NCBI GenBank assembly: GCA_020184695.1
Contig: JAANOX010000128.1
Coordinates: 186,001 to 250,000, forward strand
Direction: 5' to 3'
DNA: 64,000 nucleotides
Source of the DNA: Histomonas meleagridis 2922-C6/04-290x
Lineage: Eukaryota > Protista > Parabasalia
The notes below the pieces were generated by a model. That model made no database searches. It saw only the letters and a list, made by a program, of their open reading frames with translations, and had not been told where the DNA came from. Made by a program: the position numbers and the translations under genes. Below, in pieces: positions 19,901 through 28,477 of the stretch. Positions within the stretch are counted from its first letter, which is position 1. Every line of letters begins with the position of its first letter.

Positions 19901-20335
19901 GATGGCAAGGCGCTTCATTTGATCCGTAATTTCCGTGAGAGCTGCACCAAAGGTATCATTTGAATTAAATGATGTGAAATATCTATATACATCATCTTGA
20001 GAAAAACCTTCGCCATTAACAAATGGACTCATTAAAAAAGTGTCGTCGTTGAGCTTGGAAACAACTTCTTCTGGCGTCATTTTATATTGATTAATTCCAA
20101 CATGATTTTCTGATGAGTTGAATAGACGAAATGTTGGAGATAAAACATTGATCTCGGAATTACCAGTATTTGGATCGAATATAAAATCTTCTTGTTTATT
20201 ATCCAAATCAATTTTTCTGATTCTATCAAAAATGTTTTCATTTTCTTCAACAGGAAGAGGAGATAATGGCCCTTTCCCTGTTAAAGGTCTCATTCCGATT
20301 GTTGGGCTTATTATGCTTCTTTCCCCAAAGCTCAT
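16943..20335 (-). CDS. Multi-GAF cyclic-nucleotide phosphodiesterase-like protein, degenerate catalytic motifs
   Basis: About four GAF-like segments (e.g. ADRCSLF...GIAGHVATTGQLLNIQDAYQDSRFN...TKSILCLPI) and a C-terminal PDE-like domain with YHNFHH, MHNLG, KIANLSN. Confidence 0.85.
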   Translation of the reverse strand: MSFGERSIISPTIGMRPLTGKGPLSPLPVEENENIFDRIRKIDLDNKQEDFIFDPNTGNSEINVLSPTFRLFNSSENHVGINQYKMTPEEVVSKLNDDTFLMSPFVNGEGFSQDDVYRYFTSFNSNDTFGAALTEITDQMKRLAIIDSLCSTMGHLQNVDIDIFELETSLSTAFNQRKITIWLNIPTAHILYSPTQKTRVEPNTGIVGKTAQNMKRRIISNPKESDWYNSETDSAFFESSVCVVCLPLLDPLTHQLIAIVSISSRTIWTEFDNLLLDHLETKLPPLLATLKISASKIRSILAIVYSATGNELKQRSLISNACQSLKSALNCEVAQIFFVDWQHGVLEFYAGGSGKKHRVPLRQGGIASFVAQEGEIVNIAIASEHPHFNKVLDDEYRSRSVIAAPMINESSPNHEIFGVAICRGKRGSTIFNQHDAILLGSLSAVTARTFSNFQRYRSEVLNLKRVLTAQDHYIELLTTAESLSSVIDKDQLFEMIMTRSRSLVSADRCSLFITDRKREYLLSKVAYGTSRSIVLPISQGIAGHVATTGQLLNIQDAYQDSRFNNEVDQSTGYRTKSILCLPIIGRAETIIGVTQMINKQGKEGVFTANDIDLMKAFNVFCGIALSNANLFDDTNTMKDRVEELLNLTMSMSREQSLPLIMEHIAESGIALINSERCVVFLIESDRTRLRSAGLISRDKLSSNVGIFKEVVNEKKIINIHDVTKDMRWDPSLDQHTPSFVTHNLLAAPIIDPKEGSSIGVVMLINKIPGYDGVVFSEDDEKVVTAMASFAGFAISKALLHTNVQSTSIFDLFNSKSEQIIASQKKVQIYEEEELFMQNPSVDTRITRSDRILQLVLYCFTYFNLLEKLKISQIVFYQLIMLLQAISSDLPYHNFHHSFDTIQSVFCLLKMTKEDRNLDDIELFALLLASLMHNLGVDDENEGSISLSQLPLNILFKNQSAKETAYAKYTIQILTNKKMCFIENFNQAEKQKFWNVFIQLILSAGIYKQDDFVQLWKSGDHSNMNLMRLFIKIANLSNVARPYNIAMKNAMLLRKEMKQLMQEEKIKYGIMPTKNMQNNLDEKIEVSELRFAEKYVMPLIEIAASKWKATDVLRQQLLDNMRRWKEATRQN

Positions 20336-20559
20336 TTGAACGGTTTGTTCGTTATTAATGTGAAACGTAATTAAAAAATGCGAAATAATTCATAATACAA
20401 ATTAGAGAAAATTATTAATTATCCCACATTGCTATACTTGGGTAAAAGCTTGATGTTAAATATGGGAAAGAATCTTTATTACAGATTAGGTAAATTGATA
20501 AACTATCATAAACAATCACACAATATTTTAGTAAATATGTTCAATGATATAGTAATGGG

Positions 20560-20857
20560 ACAAAATCAAGATGTCAACAAAATCCTAATTAGAAATGCAA
20601 TAAGCCCCCAAACCATTACGTCAAATCTCTTGCAAAAAAGTGAAGCTAAAGCCAAAAAAATTAATGCTTATCCTATGGAAACAAATTGTATAACAGGAGA
20701 TGGTGTTGATAATATTTTTGATTTTTGTTGTACTAAAATGCATGACAAAACAATGAGTCCAACAAATGAAAATGATAACAATAGCAGTAATTATGGTGAT
20801 AACAGCAGAAACATCAATAATAATAACACTCCAAAAGAAGTTTGTATCACTCAATAA
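20560..20857 (+). pseudogene. 5'-truncated duplicate of the Rab-like gene at 21125
   Basis: Colinear with 21450-21790 (KILIRNAI..METNC.TG.GVDNI.DFCCTKMHDK.M.PTNENDNNS); P-loop and switch regions absent. Confidence 0.8.
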
Positions 20858-21124
20858 AAAATAATTAATATTAAATTTGTTTCAATATCATTTTGTACTC
20901 ATCAAAATTTTCTATTTAACTATCGAAGCAAAATTATGTTTTATTAATTATTCATGAAAATCTTATTCATGCCTTTTGTAAATTTTTCTTTTGTATTAAT
21001 TTAGTGTATTAATGTAAGCCTTAAATTTTTGAAATACTGAAAAAAATGATTTCTGGTGAGTGTACAGCAAAAACTCTATTGAAGGGGGTACCCACTTAAC
21101 GGTTTATATCAACTGTTTTTTAAT

Positions 21125-21790
21125 ATGGAACTTAAAAATGCTCCTGAAAAAGCACTAAAAGTTGTTCTGACCGGCGACACCAACACAGGAAAAACATTGA
21201 TTATGCACAGGATAATGGGTTTTGATGAACCGGTATGCAAAACTATTGGCTTAGATTTTTTTTCAAAAACAGTTTCTTATAAAGATATAAACGTAAAAAT
21301 TGCTATTTTCGATACATCAGGGTGTGAAAAGTATTTTTCAATTGTCGAACCTTATTTCAAGAATGGTGACATATTTCTAATTGTATTTAGCATTGAAAAT
21401 GAAAGATCATTTCAATTAGTAAATATATTTAATGACTTAGCGATGAGACAAAGTCGAAAGGCCGCCAAAATCCTAATTGGAAATGCGATAAATTCTGAAC
21501 CATTACGTCAAATCTCTCGCGAAGAAGGTGAAGCTAAAGCTCGAGAAATCAATGCTGACTACATGGAAACGAATTGTGCAACAGGCGGTGGTATTGATAA
21601 TATATTAGATTTTTGTTGTACTAAAATGCATGATAAAATAATGAATCCAACAAATGAAAATGACAACAACAGCGCTAATGACGTTGATGATAAAAACAAT
21701 AATGATAATGACGATAAAAATAAAAATAATTACAACAATAAGAAGAATAAGAACAATCAAAATGTAAAAGAGGTTTGTTCAATTCATTAA
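21125..21790 (+). CDS. Divergent Rab-like small GTPase
   Basis: GDTNTGKT, TIGLDF, DTSGCEKY, atypical G4 (GNAIN), Asn-rich tail ending CSIH. Confidence 0.85.
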   Translation: MELKNAPEKALKVVLTGDTNTGKTLIMHRIMGFDEPVCKTIGLDFFSKTVSYKDINVKIAIFDTSGCEKYFSIVEPYFKNGDIFLIVFSIENERSFQLVNIFNDLAMRQSRKAAKILIGNAINSEPLRQISREEGEAKAREINADYMETNCATGGGIDNILDFCCTKMHDKIMNPTNENDNNSANDVDDKNNNDNDDKNKNNYNNKKNKNNQNVKEVCSIH

Positions 21791-21972
21791 AAAATAATAC
21801 GATGAATGAAATTTTGTTTATGCATAAAAAATTGTAAATACCAAATATGAATTAAACAATATTTTTGGGATTGAAGATATATAAAAATTAATAATTTACT
21901 ACAGTTTTTGTTGTCGGTCTACAGGTTTTTCATCAGAAAAAGCAAATTTATTTTAGATAATTATTTAATTAC

Positions 21973-22575
21973 TTAGCACTTACAACCACCAGAGTTCCCT
22001 TCATTAGTGGTATCTGTTATTTCAACTTCATCCTCTATTTCCTGTGGAGCAAGAGATAAAAGTTCTTTTGCAAGATCAGTAAATAATTCTCGTATACCTT
22101 CTCCACTTAGTGCTGATGTATCTCTAATGTACTCAATCTGTTTTTCTATTGCAAATTCTTCGCCTGCTTTCTTTGTTACCTGTCTTTGTGATTCGAGATC
22201 ACATTTATTTGCGGCACATACAACTATTGCGTTTGGTTGTCCTCTTTCTCTGAATTCAGAGTACCATTGTTCTGCTTCTTGGAATGATGTTTCATTCGTT
22301 ACATCATACACAAGGACTGCTGCTCGAGCATCTCGGTAATACATTGGCACAAGAGAACGATACCTTTCAGAACCACCTGTATCCCATATTTCGAGTTTAA
22401 CATCAGTATCATCAACTGTGATAATTTTCTGTACAAAAGATGCTCCAATTGTGGCTTCAGTTAAAGTTGAAAAACGATCATGAACAAACCTTGTAAGCAA
22501 AGAAGTTTTACCAGTGGAAGCTGATCCTATTAGAACAACTTTTTCGCTCCTGATTCTGTTTGTCGCTCCTCTCAT
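21973..22575 (-). CDS. Rab5-family GTPase
   Basis: GSASTGKTS, TIGASFVQK, WDTGGSERYRSLVPMYYRDA, NKCD, C-terminal GGCKC. Confidence 0.9.
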   Translation of the reverse strand: MRGATNRIRSEKVVLIGSASTGKTSLLTRFVHDRFSTLTEATIGASFVQKIITVDDTDVKLEIWDTGGSERYRSLVPMYYRDARAAVLVYDVTNETSFQEAEQWYSEFRERGQPNAIVVCAANKCDLESQRQVTKKAGEEFAIEKQIEYIRDTSALSGEGIRELFTDLAKELLSLAPQEIEDEVEITDTTNEGNSGGCKC

Positions 22576-23095
22576 TGAATTGCAGTTTATAACTGCAAAA
22601 CGATTAAAATTAACAGAAAATTTCCTCGCTTTTCAGAATATTTAAAAAGTTAGCGTTGAAACTATCGAAAAAAATGAAATAATGGCTTTTCGCAGCAAAA
22701 CATGAATTTCGGATGTGCAATTTTCCTTTTTTAAATGCAATTTTAAGAGGCAACTAAAGCAACAACAAAGTGTTTCTAAATAGCATAAAATTACTATGCT
22801 TTCAAAATTTGAATAAATAGATCACTCAAGTGTATCCATTCTAACATGAAATAACTAGAAACCAAGATAATTATTTGAATGGAAGAATGTGCTATTATTA
22901 CTAATCACTTTTAATTCTGCTTAATCAAATGAATTTCAAAAAAATTCAAATACAATGAATCTTCATGCGATTTTTGATATTGCTATTGAAACGCAAATAC
23001 TTTGTACATGTTTTTCAAGAAATATTAGGGAAAGTTTTAATCAATATTCAAAAATGTCGACATACAAATTTTTATTAACAACATTACAAGACTAC

Positions 23096-23530
23096 TTACT
23101 TCTTTGAGATACATTTTCCAGGTATCCTAAGGATATCACCGTTTTCCATTTGAAATTCCACAAAAATCTTTGTGGAATTTTGCAAAAAATTTAAATTAGG
23201 ACATTTAGGTTTTGTACCAACGTCATCTGATGCTTTTTGAGCCATCAGATTCTCAGTGTACTCTTGTTGAAATTTTTTTTTCTCATCATCAGATGCTGTC
23301 TTCCACTTATCTGCCAACATTTTAGTAATTAATCTACTGGGGAGCGTTGGGTTTTCTTTTTGAAGCTCCGTTCTATACGCTTTGCAAAATAAAATATATG
23401 GATTTGATAATCTATTTTTTTCATATTTCCTCTTTTTTTTACATGATGAATTCATTGAATCATTTGAAGGCAATGAAAACACTACTTCATTATTAAATTC
23501 AAGAAGTTTTGTGCTTGTGTTTTCTTTCAT
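23096..23530 (-). CDS. HMG-box protein
   Basis: NPYILFCKAYRTELQKENPTLPSRLITKMLADKWKTASDDEKKKF matches the HMG-box consensus. Confidence 0.88.
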   Translation of the reverse strand: MKENTSTKLLEFNNEVVFSLPSNDSMNSSCKKKRKYEKNRLSNPYILFCKAYRTELQKENPTLPSRLITKMLADKWKTASDDEKKKFQQEYTENLMAQKASDDVGTKPKCPNLNFLQNSTKIFVEFQMENGDILRIPGKCISKK

Positions 23531-24884
23531 TTTGCTTATTTTTAATATTTAAGCATGATTCGAAAATGTAAAGAATATAAATTTCCCAATACCTAATGTA
23601 TAAAAATTAGATTATTTCTAAAAAAATGGAGAATATCATATGTTGATAATAAAAATGCGTATTATTTTGATTTCTGGCAAATTCTGGTGGAGATATTTCT
23701 GTTTGAATATTTTCAACAGGTTAACCGAACTCTGTTGTAAAAAGAGCGTCCATATGCGCAATGCAAACTTTTTTTCTTTGAAAAAAGGATAACAAATATA
23801 TTCAAAATGACGAAATCTAGAACATATTACAGTCATTATATAATTGGTTATTGTAATAGCTGAAATCCAGTATTTTCATATTTTCATTGGAATTCAAGTA
23901 TTCAAAATTTGTGAGTGCGCTCAGAATTATGATGCATAAATATTCAAAAATCAAATTTTTATATACAACCCAACGGATTCGAATCCTAGAATTTGCTGTA
24001 AAGTAATGAAATGTTTCTGTCAGCCAAACAAATTTCAGAACACTAACTCACTTTTTTTCCATAACCGTTTAATAGAATCAGTTCACTTGATCGGCGTCTA
24101 TTAATGACTGAAAGCACTTCCCAGTGCTTGATGAGAGATCAACAAAAAAATATGTTATTAGTGATTATTTCATCGTCTTGTTCAATTATGATCACAATAG
24201 ACCAAAACATATGTTTGAAAAGATTTTAAGAACGTGAAAATTCCTGATTCAAATTTAACGGTCAAGTAGAGATGCAGCCAAAATTTAAAAATGAATATTT
24301 TTGATCCATTATAACATAAGAGATCACATCACCATAAATTAAAATTATAATATTATTTTATGCATACAATATTTTTTATTGATTTTTGAATTCTTAATTT
24401 AATATAATTGAAGATGTTCAGATAATAATGTTTACCTTATTATTAATAGAATATATAAAGATATGCTAAAATAACTTTTTATCACTTATGTATGTACTTT
24501 ACAAAAATAGTATTATTATTCTCAAGACTCATTATCAATCATAATAGATCCGTTTTTTGAAAGTTCGATTTTTCTCCATAATACACAGAAGAAATCTAAA
24601 AAAAAAATATGTTCATAGACATATAAATATATCCCTCTATTTACGGTGAAAGTTTCGAGAAATTTCAATTGTATATTTTTTCGATTGCGCCAATTTATCA
24701 TGTTCTTTGTTTTTATTCAGATTCATAAAAAATAATATTATTCAAGTAATCAATAATTATAATGTTTATCTGATGGGCACAGTCAAATATGAAAAAAGCT
24801 TACTGGATTGAAATTTTTTTTTCGTTCCTGTATGTCTGGAGTCTAAGGTTCATTTCTTCAAGTTACAACTTTTTCGAACAAATT

Positions 24885-24958
24885 AACGGTTATTTTATTT
24901 CAATTTATTCAATTAACGGTATTTATAAAGCATTTATTTTTTTGAACGCATAAACGGT
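24885..24958 (+). promoter_or_regulatory. Cluster of three AACGGT motifs (M3/Myb-site-like) upstream of the porin-like gene
   Basis: AACGGT at 24885, 24915 and 24953, within 135 nt of the ATG at 25018; resembles the trichomonad M3 core-promoter element. Confidence 0.4.
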
Positions 24959-25017
24959 CACATCACCATTGTGAACTGTCAACATGCGCCCGTTTGTTTT
25001 AACCACCATTTTTTGGA

Positions 25018-25950
25018 ATGGATTTGATCCCATATGAAAAAGTAGGGAAAAAAATTCTCAAACCTCTGGACACAGGAAATATTTCACTAAAAGCTAATGT
25101 TTCAAATGGTAATTTTGAAATAAGTCAAAATTTAGATAATGGAAATATTTCATATTCAATTCATCATGAAATATACAACAAAAAATTTGATATTAAATCA
25201 TCTAAAAAAGGAATTGAATTTAAGGTTAACATAGAAAAACTTGGAGGAAATGCATCACTTTCTTTCCAACCATTCCAAAAAGGTAATATTACTTATTCAC
25301 TTCCAGGCAAATTTGAAATTGGCAAAAGAATTCCAAGCAAGTTCTCTTTGAGTGGCACATTTGATTTTGATCCTCCAATATTTAAAGGGAAATTCGGACA
25401 TTCTTTCTCCTCTGAAGGCGCAGAGTTTGGTCTTTCACTTGCTTACGATCCCAAAGCAATCAAAGCTGCAATAACAACCAAATACAAAAAGCTTCAAATT
25501 GGAATCGAATCACAGAATGCTAAATCAACACATACAATTAACTATTATCCAAATAAAAACCTTTGCTTTGGAATTCAATCATCAATGGAAAAGAGTGACA
25601 TAAAATCATTCCAAATTGCATCTCTTACAAAGGTTGATGGATTGAATATTGCATTTTTTAGTGAACTCATCAAACCAACGATCGGTGCAAAAGGAGAAAT
25701 CAGCTCAAAGATTTTTGGTTGCAAACCTTCTGCTGCAATTAGCTACATTTACTCAATAAATGACAAAAAGCAAAAGTTCTCATGCGGATGCACAATTGGT
25801 AAGGGCAACACGGACCTCCGCTTACTTATGAAAGACAATGTGTATCAATGCGCAATTTCTACAAAAGCAGGCAGCAACATAAACATAACATTTGGTTACA
25901 CTTTAGACAAAAAAGTGTCATCCATATCGGCCCAATTTGAATTAAAGTAA
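25018..25950 (+). CDS. Putative VDAC/Tom40-like beta-barrel (possibly hydrogenosomal outer membrane)
   Basis: 310 aa, N-terminal PYEKVGKKILK resembling the VDAC helix, alternating polar/hydrophobic strands, beta-signal-like end ISAQFELK. Confidence 0.55.
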   Translation: MDLIPYEKVGKKILKPLDTGNISLKANVSNGNFEISQNLDNGNISYSIHHEIYNKKFDIKSSKKGIEFKVNIEKLGGNASLSFQPFQKGNITYSLPGKFEIGKRIPSKFSLSGTFDFDPPIFKGKFGHSFSSEGAEFGLSLAYDPKAIKAAITTKYKKLQIGIESQNAKSTHTINYYPNKNLCFGIQSSMEKSDIKSFQIASLTKVDGLNIAFFSELIKPTIGAKGEISSKIFGCKPSAAISYIYSINDKKQKFSCGCTIGKGNTDLRLLMKDNVYQCAISTKAGSNINITFGYTLDKKVSSISAQFELK

Positions 25951-26357
25951 AGCTTTGAATTATCAACTTTTAATTAAAAACCAAAAAAGCAGTTCAAATG
26001 GTGATTCGAGCCTTGAATGTTGTTTTTAGTTTTAGAGTTGAGAACCCAATGCTTTGTTATAACGATTGGCTGTTCTATTGTCATTTGTAATATTTTTTAT
26101 CGAAAGTTAATTCCATGGAATTAAAATCATGTGCTCAATCAGTTTTTAGAAAGATAACTATGAACTAGGCAAACAATATGCCAATGCTATTTGATATAAT
26201 CATAATGTTAATATTTCATTATTTATATTTTTACAAAATTATTGTTTAGCTGGCACTTTTCACCTCAATGAAACGATTTTCAATGAAAGACGTTTAATTG
26301 ATTATCAAAAAGTGGTTCTCAAATTTTGCATCAATTTTTGATGTACAAATCATTTTT

Positions 26358-26588
26358 ATGAATGATGATGACGGTGAACTTATCATAAATAAAATACAAA
26401 AAACAAATGAAAGAATCGAAAGAGTAATGAATTCTTATGAAATTGTTCAATGCATTTGGAATACTGAACAATCAATTTATGATTTACAACAGAAACTAAT
26501 CATGGAAGATAACCCGCAATTAGCAGATGAGCTCCACTCCATGATATCTAAAATTGCTTCGATGATTAATAAAATTTTTAGCTCATAA
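26358..26588 (+). CDS. Small hypothetical helical protein (76 aa)
   Basis: ATG at 26358 directly after Inr-like TCATTTT; open frame with protein-like composition. Confidence 0.55.
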   Translation: MNDDDGELIINKIQKTNERIERVMNSYEIVQCIWNTEQSIYDLQQKLIMEDNPQLADELHSMISKIASMINKIFSS

Positions 26589-26618
26589 CTTCTTCGAAGA
26601 CAATATATTTCATATCAA

Positions 26619-27758
26619 ATGTCTTCACGTTACCAAATGGAAGGGAAAAGACACATCAAATCTGTTGCTTCAAATCTCGGTGGGTCGCAAACAAAAAATG
26701 TCCAAATTGTGCCACATTCTCCACCACCAAAAGAAAAGGCCAATATTAAAAGAGAAAAATGTTTTATGGAACTTCTATCAGATCCAGTAATTAATCTTGA
26801 TAAGATTCGCGGGATATCATGGGCTGGAATACCTGATCAATTCCGTGCCAAAGTATGGCGATTATTTTTAGACTATGAGCCAGTCAATTCATCAATTCGA
26901 GACGTCACATTAGAGCACAAAAGAAATGATTATTTTGATTGTCTTGATCGTACCTTTAGCGAACCTCAACGTCATTTATGGACGAATGCCCAAAAGCAAA
27001 CAGAACTTCAAATCCTTCGAGATCTTCCACGTACCCATAGTCCATTACTACGTAACCAAAGAGTTCAACTTCTTTTTGAACGGGTATTATTTGTATGGTC
27101 TGTTCGTCATCCAGCCTCAGGATATGTTCAAGGGATGAATGATCTTCTCCAACCATTTTTCTTTGCATTTCTTGTTCCACATTGTCCGAACAAAGCGGTG
27201 ACAGAGATAATCACTCTTAATGACTTAGACTTCCTTAGCGAAGAAGTTCTCAAAGAAGTTGAAGCCGATTGTTTTTGGTGTTTCTCTAAGCTTCTTGACG
27301 GGCTACAAGATCTATACACTAAAGATCAGCCCGGCCTATATAAAATGCTTGATCAATTATCGAAAGTTATTGATCGAGTTGATCCCAAACTAAATGAGCA
27401 CTTAAGAGAAGAAGAGATTGAATACCAAGAGTTTGCGTTTCGATGGATGAATTGTTTACTTGTTCGAGAATTCTCAATACCTTTGATTTTTAGGCTATGG
27501 GATTCATATTTAAGCAATCACACAAAAATCTCGTCAACACATGTATACACGTGCGCTGCTCTAATGGTGGCGTTATCGCCAAAAATCATTAAGTTACAAC
27601 ATTCAGATTTCGTAATGAAAATACAATCGATAGACCCCGAAAGTTGGACATTAAACGACATGGAAATGATAATTGCGCAGGCGTATGTGTATGAAAAAAT
27701 GTTCTCTCATTCCCCTTCACATTTACGTTCTTCATCAATGCCTGTTTTACCCCATTGA
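26619..27758 (+). CDS. TBC-domain Rab GAP (TBC1D22/Gyp1-like)
   Basis: WAGIPDQFRAKVWRLFL, QILRDLPRT (Arg finger), HPASGYVQGMNDL (Gln finger), EADCFWCFSKLLD, FAFRWMNCLLVREF. Confidence 0.95.
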   Translation: MSSRYQMEGKRHIKSVASNLGGSQTKNVQIVPHSPPPKEKANIKREKCFMELLSDPVINLDKIRGISWAGIPDQFRAKVWRLFLDYEPVNSSIRDVTLEHKRNDYFDCLDRTFSEPQRHLWTNAQKQTELQILRDLPRTHSPLLRNQRVQLLFERVLFVWSVRHPASGYVQGMNDLLQPFFFAFLVPHCPNKAVTEIITLNDLDFLSEEVLKEVEADCFWCFSKLLDGLQDLYTKDQPGLYKMLDQLSKVIDRVDPKLNEHLREEEIEYQEFAFRWMNCLLVREFSIPLIFRLWDSYLSNHTKISSTHVYTCAALMVALSPKIIKLQHSDFVMKIQSIDPESWTLNDMEMIIAQAYVYEKMFSHSPSHLRSSSMPVLPH

Positions 27759-27967
27759 ATAATAAATATTAATTATCTTTTTTTACATCATAATTTACCG
27801 TTAAAAATGACTTCACCGGGAAATGTGAATTGAAATGAAGTGATCATCTATTTATATCATAACCTTTTCCTCTTGAAGAGTACTCTTCAATCAGTGGGAG
27901 TTTTGCTGAAAGATTTGGAGCAATGTTTTCAGGGTCACTAAAAGAAACATAATGCACCTCGTGTATT

Positions 27968-28345
27968 TCTTATGCAAACATAACTTATTGTGGAGCCAAA
28001 GCTTACACTGCTAGCGTATGTTTCGAGCTCACAGTACCAATAATGAAATTTGTTATAATCAAAAATACTTATGCTCCTAATTTTGATGCAGTTCGTGACT
28101 GATCTAAAAAAATTGTATTAGTACAATATCATCACTGTCAATTTTATAATAATACATCTGGATCTGAAGGATCAATAATTACTTTATTTCACTGGATGAA
28201 CAGACGACATGTTGGAGATTGCTTCTTTTCAGGTTCCAACGGCAGATCACCAAGTTATATCTCTGTTTATAGCTCAGAGTGCTTCATAAAAATTCAAAAT
28301 TGTGTTTTTGATAAACTTCAGAATGAGTCCGTTGGCGAACGATAA
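27968..28345 (+). pseudogene. Relic of a Cys/Asn-patterned (beta-helix-like) surface-protein gene
   Basis: 125-codon frame with one TGA at 28100 (ANITYCGAK...HCQFYNNTSGSEGS...IQNCVFD); no ATG or signal peptide; family call is inference. Confidence 0.4.
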
Positions 28346-28477
28346 GAAGGAAACACAGTTTTGTAAAAAAAAATACATTTAGATAATTTTTTATCTGAAT
28401 TTAATTCAAATTGTGATAGAAAATTAATTTTTATATGTGTAAACTTTTTAGAAAAGGAATTTATGAGCAAATCAATT

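Noticed and set aside
23950-24030. tRNA-like motif GGATTCGAATCC
   Set aside because: It is a 12-bp palindrome; no consistent acceptor, D or anticodon stems could be built on either strand.
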